This document shows positions 39,464 through 53,699 of a DNA stretch of 64,000 bases, one piece after another; the stretch's first letter is position 1, and each line of letters begins with the position of its first letter. A program made the translations under genes and the position numbers. The stretch is taken from assembly GCF_006345805.1 (NCBI RefSeq), contig NC_043016.1:4340001-4404000 (forward strand). The letters are read 5' to 3'. The notes below the pieces were generated by a model. The model was given only the letters and a program-made list of their open reading frames with translations. It made no database searches and had not been told where the DNA came from. The DNA comes from Octopus sinensis (lineage: Eukaryota).

Positions 39464-42029
39464 ATTAAAAACACACATACATATGTATGTGTGTGTGTAT
39501 CTTCTTTTCTTTCAGCTGCTGTTGAACCATGATCTTATAACATCATTTTACGAATATTAGTCAATTATCTCAATCTTTGGGCATATTTCTGTCTGCTACT
39601 CTGTCTCTGATTATTCAGCAATTAGCATGCTCAAACACAAGCACTAGATTGGGTTTTAAACCAGTCTAAGTTCAAACACACAAAATTAAATGGGTTGATG
39701 GGCTGTTTTGGCCTGCTAAGAACCACTTGCATAGCATTTGTTATCCCAATATAATGATAGAACATATTTCCCCAAGTTGATACACAGTGGGATTGAACCT
39801 GGAGATACATATTACAAAGAGATCTACTTAACTGCACAGCCATATCTGAACTTATACTGAAAGAGGTTTTTTTTTTCTTACAAAACAGAAAAACAATATA
39901 ACAAATACTCTGTTTTCTATCTTCTTATTTCTTCAAGCCCTTGTTCTCAGGTGTCCTATACTGATCAAAAGCATTATTGCTCTACTATGTAATCATTGAC
40001 AGAGCTTAAATTTAGCAAATATTTTTGTCTCTGATAAGAATAGGTTTTTATCTTGGTAGGCTACATAATTCTATTGTCGAAAGCACCTGCTTGATTACAG
40101 TTCTAAGGTTCTGTAAGTTTTACTTCATTCTTCAATGAGCTATAATATGTTAATAACTACTATTCAACTTAAATGAAGATGTTCCATTTTTCTTCTTCTT
40201 TTTTCTTTCCCTCTAAAAATAACTAAATTCCGTCAAAGAATTCAAAGCCTTCTATTTTCTGAATCTTTTGGAAAGTTGACATTTTTTTCTCTAATGCTTC
40301 ATATACATTTTTGTTAAGTCACTGCTGTAGATATGTGTGTGTACAAGTCTCTAAATGTGTACAAGTACTGTGTAAACATAAACATTGATACACCATACAT
40401 ACAATTGTAACAGAAACTACAAAGACTGTAGAATACCAGTATAACTTTTTTTTCCATGGCAAATTTCAAACTTCACTGTGTTAAGTTCAAATCTTTGCTA
40501 TAAATTCATTTGAAGTCAAAACAACTATAAATAATTTTGGTCTAGATCATTGTTTCAACTAGTTCGTACTAGTTTCTGTTGCACCACCAAGTACAAATCT
40601 GTGTTCCTGAGGCATTGTCTTTTGAGAATTTACATTTCTGTTTGTATACTCTATATCTGTTTTGCTTTGTTATTGAGGTTTCTGTTGTTATTTAAGTGTT
40701 TCATTTGTTTGCTGTATGTAGTATAAACCATGCCAGTGGTGTTATATCTTTGGGTGGTAATTGTATTTTGTATGTGTTGTGTAAGTATCATTATAGTTTT
40801 ATGCTATGAGTTGTGGTATTTTGTTAAGTGTGTAAACTAAGGGTTGTGTTTGTTTCTGGCACATTCTTTGGGATGTTGTTTATCCTCTGGACATCTCTGA
40901 TTACACAGAGGTATGGCAATAGCATCTTTTTGTATATGAGGGCCTGCATTGTCCATTGATTGTATCCTTTATTTCAATCATTAAGGTGTGATTTGAGGGA
41001 GTTTTGGCTACCATGTGGTGGAGTTATTATGTTGGATATTGATTATGTAAATGTATGCATTGTTATTTTATTGATTATAAATTGTGATGAGAATATATTT
41101 ATCTGTTGGATGGGTAGTGATATTAAATTAAAAGTATCTTGCATAGGATGTGGCCATAGGAGAGTTATTGTTTTGTACTAGGCCTTTACTCATTGCTATA
41201 CTGCAGGTAAAAATATTTGTTAATCATACATCTAATTTCTAATAATAGTTGACTTTGATATAGTGAAAGTCTTGTTAGTTACTGTAGTGACAACAGTCTA
41301 CCTTTCTATCTATCTTTCACACATGCACTCTGTCTGTCTGTCTGTCTCTCTCTCTCATACACACACACACACACACGGAAATACACACACACACATACGG
41401 AAATACACACACACACATACTCAACCAAGAAATAACTGTATTTATATAATGAAAGTCTTTTTTTTTTTTTTTGAAGCTCTGTTGTTTTGTGTTGACAGAC
41501 TTGCACTTAAAATTTCCATGTTTTTAATCAAAATGTGTTAGTTACTGGGGTGACACTACACCTATCTATCTTTTACACACACACTCACACTCTCTCCCAA
41601 ATTTTTTTCTCTTTTTCTAAAAATACAATGACAAATATTTTAATTGCTCCCCTTCTTTTCCTCACTCTAATAGATGTTGTTATGAGCAGACTGCCGATCT
41701 GCTTCTCTTTTATATTGTAGGATTATAAGTAGAGTTGTGAGTTATCATCTATATATTTTTGTTCATGCCCTTCTTTATCATATCCAGTTACACAGTATTT
41801 TAACTTTGATTCCTCATATCCTATTTATTTCCATTTCAAAATCCTTATACTCTGAAAGTCTCTTAGCTTCTGACTTATTTATTGGTCAGATGTGATTGAA
41901 ATATTCATCAAAGTACAGTACAAAGATGTTTGAATCTGTCTTTGATAAATATATCTGGTTAATTCTCCATCAGCTGGTAAAATTGTTAGAACTTTAGAAA
42001 AATTGCTTTCCAGTCTTTCTTTTAACTCT

Positions 42030-43050
42030 TTATGCTCAGAGCTCAATTCCCACCTGGGTCAACATCATCTTTAATCCTTCCAGAATCAATAAAATAAAGT
42101 ACCAGTCATGTACATGGGTCAGAATTATTGGCTTTACTCTTAAATCAGAAACTGTTACTGCTCTTATATAGGGTGACAAGCTGGTAGAATCAGTAGAGCA
42201 TCAGGAAAAATACTTTGCAACATTTGTTTCAGTTTCTTATATTTCTAAATTCAGTTCCTGAGGAAGTCAGTTTTATTTTTTAGCCCTTCAGATTTTATAA
42301 AATCCAGCACCAGTCAAGTACAGGGGATTGGTAGTATCAAGTAGAGCCCCAAAGAATTATTGACCTTTTGAGTCAAAATTCATCATCATTATCATCACCA
42401 CCACCATCACCATATCATCATCATTATTATGGCAGTGAACTGGCAGAATCATTAGTGCACTGGGCAAGATGTTTAGTAGTATTTCATCTGTTTTATGTTC
42501 TCAGTTCAAATTCTGCCACGGTCAACTTTGCTTTTCATCCTTTTGGGATCAATAAATTAAGTATTGACTTCCCCCACCCCTCAGAGTGCTGGCCTTGTGC
42601 CATACTTTGAAACCATTATTATCATTATTAAAGTGTTAGTTACCTGAATTAATAAAGCATTAGATAAAAGACTGCAGGAATTTTTCTGGATCTTTTATGT
42701 TCTGGATTTCGAACCATCTTTCAAGGTTGATAAAATAAAGTACCTCTTAAGTACTGGGGTTGATAATAACAGAAGATCCTTCACCCACCCAGCCGAGAAT
42801 TACTAAATTGCTAGCTTTGTGTTTCAATAAGAAGTCCTCCTCCACCACCACTAATACTATAGTTGATGGTGTTGATTTGGTAGAATCACAACAGAATTGT
42901 TGCATGAGTTCTGGTTGTTTATGCCTGAGAACAAGTCCTTCTAAGGTGTACTTTGTACCCTTCTGGTGTCAAATAAAGTACCGACCAAGTACTCAGAGTC
43001 TATATCATTGGCTATACTCAGCCTTAAAAACTGTGACCTTACACCAATGT
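42030..43050 (+). mobile_element. Head-to-tail array of about 5 diverged Deu/Nin-like SINE copies
   Basis: The (c)tggcagaatc head and the gataaaataaagtacc core recur at about 42040, 42170, 42430, 42630 and 42860. Confidence 0.65.
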
Positions 43051-43089
43051 TATAAATCATTGTGATTATGATTTTTTTTCTTTTTTAAG

Positions 43090-43267
43090 ATTCATGGAAA
43101 ATTTGCAGACAGAAGTTATTCAGTTGGAATTTACCGATTTCTCCAAAGGTATGCAAAGAATATCTGAGGAAGACTTTGCACGTATTCTCTTACGTTACAC
43201 AGTCTTGGAGAAGAATGAAGTTGAAGAGTGTATTCGACGTGTCAGAGAGAGGATGCCAGAAGAAAAG
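43090..43267 (+). CDS. MICU3: MICU3-like exon (FMENLQTEVIQLEFTDFSKGMQRISEEDFARILLRYTVLEKNEVEECIRRVRERMPEEK)
   Basis: Acceptor ttttttttaAG at 43088-43089 and donor AAG|GTtggt. 178 nt, phase 2 to phase 0. Matches the MICU3 segment FM(D/E)NLQTEV...ISEEDFA.ILLRYT...PEEK as I recall it. Confidence 0.95.
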
Positions 43268-43544
43268 GTTGGTATTTTGTTTTTCATTATAACTATTTTA
43301 AGACAAATAATTTCTTATGATTCTAGTATATACGTGTGTGTATGCATGTGTGCCTGTTGATTATATATATATATATATATATATATATGCTTGTACATAT
43401 GCATACATATCGATCACTGCCTTTCATGGTAACTACTTTATATTGTTAGTATTATTTCTGCTGTATATCCCTACATTCAATTTAGACAATATTTTCTCAG
43501 AACTATTTTTCAAAATAAACTTATTTTTTTAATAATTATTACAG

Positions 43545-43653
43545 GGAATAACTTTTGAAGAATTCAAAAGCTTTTGCCAGTTTCTGAATAATCTTGATGA
43601 CTTTCAAATTTCAATGAGAATGTATACCTTTGCTGAACAGTCGGTATCTCAAG
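43545..43653 (+). CDS. MICU3: MICU3-like exon (GITFEEFKSFCQFLNNLDDFQISMRMYTFAEQSVSQ)
   Basis: Acceptor attattacAG at 43543-43544 and donor AAG|GTaagc. 109 nt, phase 0 to phase 1. Contains the MICU-family GITF(D/E)EF..F.QFLNNL motif. Confidence 0.95.
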
Positions 43654-44323
43654 GTAAGCTGCAGACATTGCATTTTCCAAATTGTCATTCTATAGCCAAA
43701 GGATGGAACATAGATACAAAGCACTCGACTAAATATTTTCATAGTTTACAGCTTATCATGGCTATCTTGACATCAAAACTGTTACACCATGCCCCTGCGC
43801 ATCTTAAAATACAGCTAAAAGAGTTAGTGATAGGAAAAGCATTCAGCTGTGAAAACGCCTGCTTTAGAAAAACCCTCCAACCCAATTCAATATCGAAAAT
43901 TAGACATAAGATGTAGATGTTGTTCATGATAAGTGTTTTATTTTCAGCTACTTATATTTTGGGTTTCTCTTTGAACTAGTTAGTTACATACCATTCCCAG
44001 CAACCTGGCATACTCTTCTTTTTATCATTACTGATTTCATCTGAAGTACCATTTAGATAAATAAGAGATGAATCTTGCACTGGAGAAATCAGTAACTTTC
44101 AGTGTTTCGTGTGTACATTTTGGGAGTATTTTCACTCGTTTCTCTTGGCAGATCTTTAGACATCAAGTTACTCATTGTTCTTTTGGACAATATTTTATTG
44201 TCCAATTTCTTTTCTCATGCTAACGCTTTTAGTGAGAAGAAACATGTGGCTAAAGATGATGGAGGGAGGGCAATGGGATTGTTGAGGGAGGATTTGAGGA
44301 GAGCTGAAAAGAAGAAGAGTGTT

Positions 44324-44363
<40 letters not shown>

Positions 44364-44479
44364 CTCAAGCATGTGTGGGCATTTAAGAAGCTTGGTTCTT
44401 AACCATTCTACTTACTAAACCAGACGTTAGTCTTGCAGGCCTGCAAACACTCTTCTTCTTTTCAGCTCTCCTGAAAGGT

Positions 44480-45240
44480 GATGGAAAATCCAAGCAAAGG
44501 AATTAGGGATTGGTGTTGGAGTTACCACTATGAAGCTGGTCCTGAACAAGAACTCTTACAAGAGACATCAGGGAAAAATTCTAACAGCCACACTTAAGAA
44601 GAACCACTTGTCAAAGACAAAGAAACTCCTGAGCAAAGTCAGGCATCCTGTTGAACTAGGGGATGATCTGGTTCTTCTTAGATGAAAAGAACTTCTGCCA
44701 GGAGGACCAGTTGCACAACACCTAGAACATCTGGTGGCTTGCCTGCAATCTATTTGACAGCCAACATATCAATAAAACCAAGTTCCCCCAAACTGTGATT
44801 GCCTTTGGGTGTGGCTCTAGTGAGAATGGTGTCATGCTGCCCCACAGCCTTCAACAGGGTCAATGTGAAGCTGTTAAAGATTGTGGTCAAACTCTGGCTA
44901 GAGAGAGTTTTTGCTGGAAGGTGTTGCAGCAGGAATAGGCTCCTTGCCATACTTCCAGAAAGAGAAGACTGTAGTTGTTGGAGAATTTCTACAACTTCAC
45001 CAATTTCTGGCCTCCTAATTTTCTCAGTCATAATCCCATCAATTACTATTTGGGGGGGGGGCATAGTTGTTAAGGAAGACACCACCCACTCTGCCTGCAG
45101 TACAAAGGCTGAGCTAGCTGGTGACCAAAATCAAGGAGGTGTTTGAAGATCTTTCCACTGACACAGTGAGCAACACATGCACCAGGAACCAGAGCTGTCT
45201 TGAGCCACAGTGGAAGCTGAAGGCAGCTACTTAAGAGTAA
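44480..45240 (+). mobile_element. DD37D/maT-type Tc1/mariner transposase remnant
   Basis: The + strand frames give KKLLSKVRHPVELGMIWFFLDEKNFCQED, APCHTSRK and FWPPNFLSHNPINYY (decayed WPPxSPDxNPxDY). Confidence 0.8.
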
Positions 45241-45379
45241 GCTCTCATCTCCCTGCTATAATCTGATTCATTTGATATTTTTAAATACTTTTATTTTGGG
45301 GTGGGAAATTATCAAATTTTATGCAAATTATCAAATTTAGCCAAAACATACTATATATATCACCATCATCATCATATGG

Positions 45380-45450
<71 letters not shown>

Positions 45451-45475
45451 CTCAATGCATATGAGGAGGCGAGAA

Positions 45476-45805
45476 GAGACCCCCTTCGGTCATGAATGAC
45501 CATGGGATTGCACCTAGAAAGTTACCCTCCCAGGCACAAGTCCAGGCAAGGTTGTTCATGGAAGACCAGCAGTCGCCCATTCATAACGACCTCCCCTCTC
45601 CACGCCACCAGTGTTATCCAAGCGAGGGCAAAGACCAATACAGCTTGGCACCAGTGACGTTGCCACAACTCTTTTCTACAGATGAGTGAACTGGAGCAAT
45701 GTGAAATAAAGTGTCTTGCTCAAGAACACAACACGCAGCCTGGTCCAGGAATCAAATTTACAACCTCACGATTGTAAGCTCAATGCTTTAACCACTGAGA
45801 CATTC
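45476..45805 (-). mobile_element. tRNA-headed SINE with CORE/V-like domain
   Basis: Reverse complement reads ctcagtggttaaagc (box A), aaatttgattcc (box B-like), ttgagcaagacactttatttcacattgctccagttcactc. Confidence 0.75.
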
Positions 45806-46197
45806 ACATGCAAACACACACATACTTATAAGGTGAGGTGTAAATATATATGTGTATGTATGCATGTACTCTCATCCAAAGTTCCAAGCTATGGGATCAA
45901 ATCCAAGACCACATTTTGGAAACTAACATTTAACCTACATCATTCCTTGTGTATCTAATAAAATGAGATAAGTTGTAGCTGAGCAGGTCCGATTAAGTAA
46001 GTCTAGTGACCTATCCCTCAAATTAAGCATAAAAAAATACCACCAGAAGTTCTGTATTCTTAAAATGAAGCAGTTGTTTGTTATATTTTCTTTTAGTCTA
46101 TGAGAGTTAAGGAATTTTTTACTCACTTAATGACCAAATGATTTATTGTTCATGAGGGAAAAATGAATAATAGAAATTAGAGACCACACAACCACAT

Positions 46198-46233
<36 letters not shown>

Positions 46234-47954
46234 GTACGCAACAATTCAGATATATATTACAAATGATACATACTAGACAGGTAAAGAAATAGATTCATAT
46301 AAAAAAAATAGGAAAAGAAAAGAAAAGCAATTTAAAAGAATTGATTAATAGTTTTGCCTTATATCCAAATCCCAGGTCAGTTTTTATTTATTTACCCGTG
46401 CCCCATCCCCCACTCTTTTTGGTAATATAACTAAAGAATGTGACCTAATAAAAAATGTATTCAAAAGATCTTCCTGAAATAAGATATTCATGGTACTAAC
46501 TAGTAAATCAATTCATATAAATTCTTTTCTGCAATTTGAGAACTTTTTTTTTTGTTTTTGGTTTTTTTCTTTTACCCCTCATTTCAGATGAAAAGAGGGA
46601 GGAGGAGGAGGTAAAAGTGAAAGAAAGAAGTATAAAAAATTTTTTTAAATAGGTACAAATGCTATAATATAAACAATTTTGTTGACTATTAATGTTGAAT
46701 TGTAGCTCAAGAATCATGAAGCTGTCTCATAAGAGACTTCAAATATGCTGGTAAGTGACAAAGCAGTTTGAAAAGAATAGCTCTTGATGTTGTGTGTGTG
46801 TGTGTGCATGTGTATATGTATGTCTATTTGCTTGTTTGTACACACACACACATATATGTGTGTATATATATATGTATGTATATGAAATAATCAATTTTAT
46901 AAAACTAACACAATGCGCTCCAGTATTTAATTTTTTTTTTATTTGTGGAATCAATATTTTGATTGGCCAAATTTTTTGTTAAGCACTACAAGAATTAAAT
47001 TTAAGCCAAAAATATTTGGATCCAGCATGAAAACATACTACTAAGGGGTAATTTGGACATGTTGCTCACAGTCGGATGTTGATCTCCTCCTGCCAAGACA
47101 AACACACTATACATCTCTATAGATTCTAAGATCAGCAGCTGCAACAGAAAAAAATTAAATGGAAATAACAGTAATCTTGGTGCTTCTCATGATGGACTAA
47201 TCTAATTTCTTCATTCATGATAGAAAATATTCCTAATGGAATTAACATTCTCTGAGGTGTCCAAAATATTGAGAACAGAGAATAAATATATTAGCTCTAT
47301 ACTAGGTTCTTGTCTGGTAGCAAAGTAGATTTTTTTTTATCAGTAATTGAACATTGAACTGGTTCCTTGTATTTACTGTTAGATATTTTGTTTATCCTAG
47401 AAAGAAGAAATACATTGTTGAGCAGAGGTAGTATTTGAAGGCCAAAGCAAAGAAAGATGAAAGTGTAAAGATTATTACAGCTGACATTGAAGATTAACCC
47501 CAAGCAAACCCTAATCAATCAGATCTCCGAATAAAAACAAATTTCCAGCTGAAACCATTCCAGATAAACTAAGTCTATGACTCTTATGCTATCCATTGTG
47601 TCCCTATGTTACCAAGAAAGCTGGGTGTCATTTTGAAGGAGATTTGGTTGCTGTTTTTAGAATATCAAGTAACAACACATAGTTTTTTTTTCCCAGATTT
47701 AAATATTCTTAGTTATTTCAGCTGTAAATGTCCACTCTACAGTTCAAATTCAGTGAATTCAGTTTATGAATGCCTCATCACAAACAAATTGGTTTACAAT
47801 CATGTTTTGGGAAGAACAGTGTTCTGAGTAATGAGCAGGCAAGCCAACATCAATGGTTGGCAATGAGCTGGCTGTATCAGTGAGGGAGCTTGAATCTTCC
47901 ATGTCTTCTCTTGAATTTTATTGTGCTTTGTGTTTCTTTTATAAATTATTAGAC

Positions 47955-48370
47955 AAGGCACCAAGGGACCAAAGAACAATAATGATACCAAAGTGAAAAG
48001 AAAAAAAGATTATGATAGAGGTGAAGAAAGAAATTATTGCCAAACATAAAGATGGTGGTTGTGTCTCTGATCTTGCAACCCAGTTTAGTATGGTAAAATC
48101 AATGATCTATACTATTCTCAAAAGGTATGATGATGCAAGAAGAGTGACAGTTCTTACTAAACAGATTTTACAGACAATTGAACAAGTGGAGAAATCGTTG
48201 CTGATTTGGATAAATGAGAAACTCTGATGGTATCATTTGTGAATAAGCAAGGTGATTGCATGATGATCTGGTAGAAAAATACCCTGGTATCAGTTTTTCT
48301 ACTGATGCTTTCAAAGCAAGCAGTGGGTAGTTTAAGAATTTTAAGAAAAGAAGTAACATACATAGTGTGT
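47955..48370 (+). mobile_element. Tigger/pogo transposase N-terminal (CENP-B HTH) remnant
   Basis: IEVKKEIIAKHKDGGCVSDLATQFSMVKSMIYTILK...VEKSLLIWINEK, followed by FKASSG.FKNFKKR. Confidence 0.85.
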
Positions 48371-50021
48371 ACAGATAATAACTCAGTGAATTATTAATAT
48401 GAGAGTGCATTTCATTCACTAAAATTCAACAGTCTTTGAGATAGGACTAACATCTTTCTTTTCTTAGCTGAGCTAATTTGTTTTTTTACACACCAGTGTA
48501 GGAAAATCTGTCTTCTCTTGCAAGAATATTTTCTTGATGGCTTTTATTTCAGTTAGATACATTTCAGAATAAACAGTTATCTGTTATTGTGTTTGTATGA
48601 GCAGTTTCTAACACCATTTTGAACTTTATCAGTGAATTAGTCATTCAAGGAACCTAACCACCAAATTTCTTTCAGCCTATATTTGTGCCTCAAATCTCAG
48701 TCATCTCAACCATTGTAATTCAAACTAAACAATACTTGATCCTTAGAAGAATGGATGGACCTTTCAGTGACTGGTCAGCAAGTCATCATGTGACTTAAAC
48801 TAAAGAAATTTCAGAAAAATCCAATTGTGGAACCAAGCACTGTAAAACCTGGATTTCTGTTGATAGCAACTCTTTATCCAGACTTCTGTGTTTCCAGCTA
48901 TTCACTCTGTCAAAGACACACAAACTTTTTCACCCACGTGCAAGTAGGTTTTAAAAAAAAAAGACCCCAGAGTAATTAGAGGTAATATATACTTACGTCC
49001 ACGTACATGTGAATGTTCTGTTTGAACAAACTTTACTGCTTTAGATATTATGAGAGAAACACTCATATTGACGTTTGATGCAAATTGCACGCTTGTTTAT
49101 ATTGCTTTCAGGGAGATAAATCCCCATCATCTCCAGCACTGCGATTACCAGATCATGTGATTTCAACCTTCCTTAGTCTTATCAATGATGGATGCTCCAC
49201 TGCTCAAGATAGTTGTAACTCATTGCCTTGCTACCAATATATAGTAAAACAGTGCCAGAAATGGCAGGGATTTATCTCCCCACTAGTGATATAAACAAGC
49301 ATGCTTATATGCACCAAAGGCCAATGTGAGAGTTTCTTTCATATCTACCGCAGTATAGTTTGTTCTAAGAAAGCATTCACATTTAAGTAGGGATAAATAT
49401 TATCTGTCAGTATTAGTACTGCTTCCATCACTAATATTTGAGTGAGTGGAGTATTTCAGTTCAAGTTTATACATCTTTCAGAGATGTTGGCACTACTATC
49501 AGACTTTCAAAGAAAATATTATGATCTTAAAACTTTCAAGTGATAAACATAATGCATTTTTCAGAAAATTATGAAGAAACAAAATTGGATCAGAACACTT
49601 CAAACTCTAGTTATGCCGAGTAAAGCACACCGTATAACCAGTTGTAACATTTTTTTTTTTTTGACAATTTCTTCAGATTTATACATTTTCACAGTTTAAG
49701 ATTATGATTCTATGAAAAAGGAAATGAAATATGGGAGGAAGGGCAACATTTTTTTTGATTTGCATACTTGAAAAATTGGACAGTATGATCTGACCAAAAT
49801 TTTTTTTTAAGAATTTCAAAATGATTTTCAAAATCAGAAGTGCAAATGTTACACATAATTTTGCATATTCATGCACTGTGAAACAAAGGACAAAATTTTT
49901 TGTGTATGTGTGCATACATGTGTGTAAGAATTTTGAACAGGTTTTGCTTGACAGCTTTGTAGGACCTTCCCTGACAAAGCAAGGCTTTGTGCATACATGG
50001 ATTACACCCCTATCCCTCAGG

Positions 50022-50165
50022 CAGGGGCGTATCTTGCGGGGAGAGCAATTTTGGCCAACAACATTTTCTAATGAAGCCATTTCTATGTGAGCTTCCACTT
50101 TTTGGTTGGGTGGGAGTCAATTTTGATGCTTTCCCTGGGTGCCATTTACCCTATCTTCACCCCTG
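50022..50165. mobile_element. hAT-type MITE with 8-bp target-site duplication
   Basis: TIRs caggggcgta against the reverse complement caggggtgaa. Flanks are ccctcagg (50014-50021) and ccctcaga (50166-50173). Confidence 0.75.
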
Positions 50166-50599
50166 CCCTCAGAAAACTGCCCATTGTGCCCATATCTCAA
50201 GACAACATCGATTATAAAATCTTCATTCATAGTGTGTGTGTATGTGTACAAATTACGAGCTTTTACTAAGATATTCTTTACTTTCTCTTTCAGTAATTTG
50301 TATGAAAAATAAAATGTGATGTCATCACATTTACATACAAACAAACAAATCAAAAATAGATGTTGTAATCTGTCTTCTACCATGTATTTGTATGGAATTG
50401 CTCATAATATTTTTATTTCAAAAATAATTTTGAAGTTCTGAAAAAAAATTTTTTTCATACATAACAAATAAAAAAAAGAATCCAAGTAAAAGTTGAAAAA
50501 CAAAGAGGAGGTGAATAATTAAAAAAAAAAACAAACAAAAAATATGAAATTTTGAAAATTGCTTAACTGCTTTTCACAGAATATAATCTTACACATTAG

Positions 50600-52393
50600 A
50601 AACATAGATCTGAAGAAAGTGTTAAAAAAATATCATAAAACAAGTTACAGCCAGTTATTTGGTCTGCTGACAATTTTTTTTTTTTTTTTGAAATATTGAT
50701 ATTAAAAAAATCTAATGGAAATGTGAAAATTTATCTAATTGTTTCCCACAAGATATCATAACTATTAGTTAACAATGGAAAACCACATACAGTTGGAAAG
50801 ATAATAGTAATATCCACAACTTCAGGAATTCTCACAATTCTTTAAGTTGATACAGACATTTTGAAATCGGTTCTTTTTCAGTTATAGTAATGTCACATGC
50901 CGAATTGATGAAATGGGTGAAGATATTGGGAACCGGTTGTGCATGGAACTGAGGAAATCATAATTTAGCCTGCATTATATATTTCTTTATTGCCCACAAG
51001 GGGCTAAACATAGAGGGGGCAAACAAGGACAACTGTATTAGGCAATGAAGCTTTATTGACAGCTTCTGTGTGTTTTGTGAATCTTTCAGAAAGTTACCTT
51101 GAAGATAAATATATTCCCTTCAGTAACATGGTATTATGTGCAACTGGTAGTGTACCATCTACAACAGTTCAAATGGTCTCTTATCTTATATGAAAAATAA
51201 AATGCTTAATCTATTTGAAATTTACTAATTTACTGGCAATACTATGTTAAAAAGCTTAATGATCCGCAGTCTTAAAACATGGTCTCACTATTAAGAAAAT
51301 CAAAGCTCAAACTTAAGGCATTCTTTGGCTTCTGCTTGGATTCAAAGACATTCTGTTTGAAACAATTTGTCCATCTCTATGATACCATTGTTGAATTTTT
51401 ACCTATAAATCACAATGACCAAGCAGCTAAAGAAATTGATGTTATTCTCACTTCCTAATATTTGTGACATGATGAATAACATGGATTTGAAAATGCAAAG
51501 AATCAATTATAGTACAACACATACAAAGAATGCATCAAACAGCTTTATAAGGAAAACTGAATTGAACAAGTGAAACCTTGAGAGAAAGAAGTCCTCAAAT
51601 CCCATCAGTGAAAATTAGTTCATAAATACTTACTGATGATAATATAAAGACTTATTGTACATGTTTACAACAATTGAAGGAAGATTTTGAGGAAAGATTT
51701 AATGGCTTGATTTAACTGAGGATTCTTAACAGTAAAATATGCAACTGTGAGCAAAACAGTACAAACTGATTTACAAGAGAGTATCATTTATCTACAAAAT
51801 TCTACAAAATAATGAAAATGGATTTTTTTTTTTTTTTTTTGTAAATCAAAGTTTTTGAGGAATGTGGTTACAATGCAGTCTGATATATCCTATTTTGTGG
51901 AATGAAGCCAAGCTATTTGGCATTGTGCCTCTATCCTCCTATCTGGTAGAACAGGCACAATAAATCTAATTCTGACCAAGAAAAGAAACCAAAATGGAAG
52001 TTGTACAGCTTGGAGATTTACAATTTCTTTTATCAAATTTTAAACCTTTATATTGCAAAACTTGTTGCTGGTCACGAACCACAGGAATCACACAAGTAAA
52101 TGTGTACTCTATGAATTATTGTTACTTTAATCATATTACCAATTAATGTGTATTATGCTAACTGTTCTTTCTTCAATGAATTTATGTTAATTATTCTCTC
52201 TTTCTCATTTTTATTCACATTATTAAAAATATATCATGATAAGGAGAATAGTAAGATTACTTACATTTGTTTTAAATTCAAATTATAACCATTACCTTCA
52301 TTATATAAAATTATAATTTGGTGGAAATGTATGGGAGTTACACCCAAGTGTTTAAGTGGGATATCTGTGGGAAAAAATGATTGGGAAACACTA
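50600..52393 (+). mobile_element. hAT-Buster (SCAND3/ZBED8-like) transposase remnant with right TIR
   Basis: Frames give GKPHTVG, CRIDEMGEDI and YPILWNEAKL...SSYLVE...KKRN...GDL...HEPQESH*. The right end aaaaatgattgggaaacacta is followed by tttTAatt. Confidence 0.75.
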
Positions 52394-52544
52394 TTTTAAT
52401 TTGTCCAGCCTCTATATAAATATCTTGTATGAACAAGGACAGATTCTCAAAAGAATTCATAAAAATTGCTTGAAATTAATATGGTGCTCATATATTTTAA
52501 GAGTAAATGTTCATCTTATATGCCAGAATATATATAGCTATAAT

Positions 52545-53090
52545 AACCATCACCATTTAACACATATTTTCCATGTTTGGCATAGGTTAGACAATTCAGT
52601 AGTGACTAACAGGCCAAAGGACTACATGAAGCTCCAGTGTCTGCTTTGGTACAGTTTCTATGGCTGCATGCTGCCCTTCCTAATGCCAACCACTTTACAA
52701 AGTGTCTACTGGGTACTTTTTATGTAGCACCAGCACTAGTGATGTTGCCAAATAAATCACAAGACTCCTCAACTATGTTGGCATATAATGTAGAGGAAGA
52801 TGAACGTATGGTGGAGGTGTATTCCTGGAGAGGAGATATTTGGCTTCTCCAGCTGGAAAGAAAGAGAGAGATGGTTTGGGTTACAAGGTGAATGTAGATG
52901 GGAATGAATGGAGATAGAATTGAAAGAGCTTTGTGTCAGATTTGGCATGGTTTCTACAGCTGGATTCTCTTCCTAACACCAACCACTTAACAGAGTGTAC
53001 TAGGTGCATTTTATGTGGCACCAGCAGCAGTGAAGTTGCCAAGTACTGATGTGATAAGACCCCTCAACCAAGCGGGCTAAAGAGTGAATG
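52545..53090 (-). mobile_element. Two decayed RTE 3'-UTR copies
   Basis: cccttcctaatgccaaccactttacaaagtg at about 52675 and tttctacagctggattctcttcctaacaccaaccac at about 52950. Confidence 0.65.
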
Positions 53091-53272
53091 GATAAAAAAC
53101 TATAATAGGAGATGAGCAAGTGTCTTGCTGATGAGATGAATATATGGCTTGCCCACCTGGAAAGAGAGTGAGAGAAAGAAAGAAATGTGGGGTCCAGGTA
53201 TATAATAACACATATAGATAGATGTATGCATAAAATATCATTACAACATTTTTTTCAATTTTTATTTTGCAG

Positions 53273-53430
53273 AGGAATTTCAACGAGCCGTAAAAATTTG
53301 TACTGGCTTCACTCTTGGCCCTCATGTAGTAAACACAGTATTTCAGATATTTGATGCTGATGGAGATGGTCATTTGAGCCATAAAGAATTTATCTCTATT
53401 ATGAAAGACAGAATTCACAGGGGAGCTCGT
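53273..53430 (+). CDS. MICU3: MICU3-like exon with canonical EF-hand (EEFQRAVKICTGFTLGPHVVNTVFQIFDADGDGHLSHKEFISIMKDRIHRGAR)
   Basis: Acceptor tttattttgcAG at 53271-53272 and donor CGT|GTaagt. 158 nt, phase 1 to phase 0. 12-residue EF-hand loop DADGDGHLSHKE. Confidence 0.96.
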
Positions 53431-53475
53431 GTAAGTATTCATTTGTATATATATGTGTGTATGTATATGGATATG

Positions 53476-53516
<41 letters not shown>

Positions 53517-53650
53517 ATAATATTAGGGAATAAATCCAAATTTACAGGGAAAAAATCAGATTTAGGATTAAATCCAATTTTATAGTAAAATATTATAAAA
53601 TATTATTAGAGACAAAACCACTATTTTGCAAAACAAACAAGGAAATAATA

Positions 53651-53693
<43 letters not shown>

Positions 53694-53699
53694 ATGTGT

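Noticed and set aside
42030-43050. Repeated motifs as a CRISPR-like repeat-spacer array
   Set aside because: The context is eukaryotic, the units are long diverged SINE copies without identical short repeats, and no cas genes are present.
43094-43360. 88-aa ORF as a stand-alone gene, likewise 43614-43916 and 58007-58201
   Set aside because: These are MICU3 exons reading through into intron or (ATT)n sequence. The splice sites explain the true boundaries.
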